Assembly: GCF_000315625.1 (NCBI RefSeq) | Contig: NW_005434670.1 | Location: 480,127 to 544,126, forward strand | Length of the DNA stretch: 64,000 bases | Reading direction: 5' to 3' | Origin: Guillardia theta CCMP2712 | Lineage: Eukaryota; Protista; Cryptophyta | In this document: positions 61,213 through 64,000 of the stretch, in pieces | How positions within the stretch are numbered: the stretch's first letter is position 1 | Layout of the letters: each line of letters opens with the position of its first letter | Position numbers and translations under genes: made by a program | Notes under the pieces: generated by a model | Told to the model about the DNA's origin: nothing | Databases searched by the model: none | The model's input: the letters and a program-made list of their open reading frames with translations, nothing else

Positions 61213-61451
61213 GGCCCCTTGTGCTATTTCTTTATTCATTCATCCTGTGCATTAAAAACCTCCGACTAACCCTCCTCCCTCGCACCATCAGCTGCCTCCG
61301 CCGCAGCCTGCTCCGTCACTCCCGCTCTCTCCTTCTCTACCCATTCCTTCCAACTCCGCATCCCCCCGGGGGATCGAATTTCTCCCCTTCCTCCTGGTCC
61401 CCCCCTCCCCTTCTCCCTTCCCCTTCGTCCTCGTCCTCTTCCTCTTCCTCT

Positions 61452-61484
<33 letters not shown>

Positions 61485-62969
61485 CCTCACTTCCCCTCCA
61501 TGGATCGCCCGGACTGTATCTCATCTGGGAACCCTCCAACACAAAGAACGCGAAAAGAAACAAAAAATTAAAAAAAACAGAAAGAAAAAGAAAAATGATT
61601 TTCTTTTTTCTGTTAAAAGTATTGTAGGTGGTACTCTACCCTGGCACCGACCCAGAGCAGGACCCCCTTGTTTTCTAGCCCTTCCCATATTCTCTGTCCC
61701 TCCCTATCCCCTTTCTAGGACCTCCCTACGGCATCGTCAAAAAATTTCAGGACCCTATCCCCTGGTCGAAGATGACCCCCCACCTCCGAGATTTCTACTA
61801 CCCCTACGCCCGAGGAAACTTTAGAGGATATAGTACCCCCCCTCATGATCTCCCCTTGTGCTTCTACCAAATCCTAATCTTAGTACCCTACCCCATCTCT
61901 AGGACCACCCCATGTATTGTGGATTTGTACCCCCCACCCCCACCCTCCCTTGCAGTGAAGCATGCGAGGAAGCGGCGGCGGCGGGATGCAGGAGGGGGAG
62001 GAGGGGAGGGAAGCGAAGGAGGAGGAGGAGGTAGCGATGGCTCGAAACAAGAGGAAGAGTAGGACGAGGAGACTGGGCTGGATGGTCTGAGAAAGCGCTG
62101 GATGCGGTTGTCCTTGGGAAGGCGTAAGAGAGTTCAAATGCACGCAGCAAGCGCAGGAAAGTTAGATCAGGGTGAAAAGGCGACATGGTGGCTTTGTTTG
62201 CAGTGAGGGAGGCAGTTCAAGAAGCGTATCCGCACAAAATTAACTGTGAGAAGTGGCAAAGTAGAAATGAGGACGCCTATAAAAGGCTGCGCGCTCTCAG
62301 ACTGCAGAAAAGGACGGTTTCGCTTAGTTGGCATGGTCTCCGACATGGGCACTAAGTTTTAGTACCATGCTGTGTACTTTTCTCAGTCAGATTGGCATAA
62401 TGTTTTCACGCTGGAGAGTGAAGGCTGGATCTCGGTGGCATGTTGTCACGTTATGAGGACAATGGCTCAGTTGCTTGTAGCTGCTACCGAGTACTCGTGA
62501 TAGTTTCTAGACAGCAGAGGACATTTTGTTACGATGCCCTTTAATTCAGATACGTGGATGTTTCAACAACGTTGAACTTTAGGCGGAGTAGATTCTTTGA
62601 GTCCCAGTCGTATGTCTGCAAACAGTGGGGTTAGATGGTGCTTGCATGAAAGATCTGAACTTCTCTTTTTCTCCCTCAAATCAAATTTCTGTTGGTCTGC
62701 TTTCTTTTAGATAGTAGTATCCTACAAGGTGTGAGACTCCGATCCGTTCCATAATGGAGGAGTAATTCGTTAGATCCTTGCGCCTTTTTCATTACTTCGC
62801 TCCCTCGTTCCTGGATCGATTGCTGACAGAAGGTTTTGTGACAGTTGTCTGGGAAGGGAGGGAAGAACATGGCGAGGTGTGTATTTCCTTCTATGAAGGT
62901 AGACGCGTGTTGACACTGCTGTGTGGCAGGTTGTGAGCAGCCAACAAACCCTGTAACCACATTCACAGA

Positions 62970-64000
62970 ATGTCAAACAACAAGGAGGGGGAGTCTAGCA
63001 CCACCAGCAATTATTTCAAACAGATCAGACGGGTCAAGCTGTACGTCCTCGGAGGAGATGGGCAGTGGGATGACCGGGGGACTGGCTATGTCTCCTACCA
63101 GTTCGTCCAAGGGAACGGGGCTGTTGAGGGGCTGCGGGTCACCTCGGAGGCAGACGACAGCAAGGATCTTTTGATGACCAAGATCTTCGAGGAGGATGTG
63201 TTTCAACGACAGGGTGATACCATTGTGACGTGGACGAACCCCGAGACGAGGGAGGATGTGGCATTGAGCTTCCAAGAGGCCGATGGAGCCAAGGAGATCT
63301 GGAATATTATTTGTCAGGTGCAGAGCAGGTTGCGGAAGAATTCCAGCGAAGAGTGCGACACGGAGAATAACTCGGGCAACAACAGCAGCGGAGTGTTGCA
63401 CAACTCAGACGACTTCTATGAGATGAGCCTCCCGCAACCCGAGATGGAGAACCTGGAGAAGCTGCAAGAGATCGTCTCGAGCGCAACCAGTGTGACTCGT
63501 GACCGCATAGTGGACGGGGTGATGCAGGATGGGTACCTAGCCAAGATCTATCAGATCTTCAGGACTTGTGAGGACCTTGAGATGGAGCAGTCTTTGCACA
63601 CGTTGTTCAAGATCTTTAAGGGTCTCATAATGCTGAACGAGCCCTCTCTCATAGAGCTGTGCCTCTCCGACCAGAACGTGCTCGACACGATGGGGATTCT
63701 GGAGTACGACCCGGAGTATTCCAATCACACGGTCAAGCACCGCGAGTACCTCAAGAATCCCAACCTGTTCAAAGAGGCTGTTCCCATCAAGAGTCCAGCC
63801 ATCCTCTTTAAGATTCATCTCAATTTCCGGCTCACATACCTGAAGGATGTGGTGATGGCAAGGTATATAGACGATGTGTCTTTCAGCACTATACGAGAAT
63901 TGATCTTGCTCAACAATGTCGAAATCATCGCTCAGATTCAATCCGATTCCGCGATGCTGGAGGAGCTCTTCGAGCTCTGCCGCTCGCCTTCAACCCCCAA
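62970..64000 (+). CDS. PPP4R3: Protein phosphatase 4 regulatory subunit 3 (SMEK/Psy2), 3-prime truncated by window
   Basis: Open frame from ATG 62970: RRVKLYVL...QWDDRGTGYV, FQRQGDTIVTW, DVALSFQEADG...IW..IC.VQ, MGILEYDPEY, KIHLNFRLTYLKDVV. Confidence 0.95.
   Translation, partial: MSNNKEGESSTTSNYFKQIRRVKLYVLGGDGQWDDRGTGYVSYQFVQGNGAVEGLRVTSEADDSKDLLMTKIFEEDVFQRQGDTIVTWTNPETREDVALSFQEADGAKEIWNIICQVQSRLRKNSSEECDTENNSGNNSSGVLHNSDDFYEMSLPQPEMENLEKLQEIVSSATSVTRDRIVDGVMQDGYLAKIYQIFRTCEDLEMEQSLHTLFKIFKGLIMLNEPSLIELCLSDQNVLDTMGILEYDPEYSNHTVKHREYLKNPNLFKEAVPIKSPAILFKIHLNFRLTYLKDVVMARYIDDVSFSTIRELILLNNVEIIAQIQSDSAMLEELFELCRSPSTP

Overview
Eukaryotic nuclear DNA: gene-dense, with many very short (about 40-65 nt) spliceosomal introns, microsatellite-filled longer introns and three assembly gaps. 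The intron style plus bipartite signal+transit presequences point to an alga with a complex red plastid, most likely a cryptophyte such as Guillardia theta (inference). The ORF track is mostly exon fragments and antisense shadows, so I spliced gene models by hand. Recognisable genes: UFD2/UBE4 U-box E4 ligase, PDZ protein, Cys-rich/LRR protein, VOC/glyoxalase-like protein, thylakoid-lumen FKBP, secreted Methyltransf_24-type SAM methyltransferase, C2 protein, discoidin+SGNH/PC-esterase, mitoribosomal mL49 (IMG2), chorismate mutase, NAA20, PET100, a Tudor/chromo/LysM protein, SRP54, WASHC3, an enkurin-domain protein, a GH95 fucosidase and PP4R3/SMEK (runs off the end). An accessory zone at about 15-29 kb holds an intronless tandem-domain His-rich protein of bacterial style, a decayed PIF/Harbinger element, a near-identical inverted pair of Cys-rich genes, a retroelement-like remnant and a 21-bp minisatellite. 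Most notable candidates: (i) the UFD2 carries a signal-like peptide, a basic transit-like peptide and a ubiquitin-tail mimic (LRLRGSG), suggesting an E4 ligase targeted to the periplastid compartment; (ii) the tandem His-motif protein, an HGT candidate; (iii) a LysM domain apparently inserted into a chromo-like domain of a multi-Tudor protein; (iv) the gene-converted inverted twins; (v) a repeat whose only variants are Cys-codon/TGA swaps. No database searches were run. Family calls rest on motif recognition.
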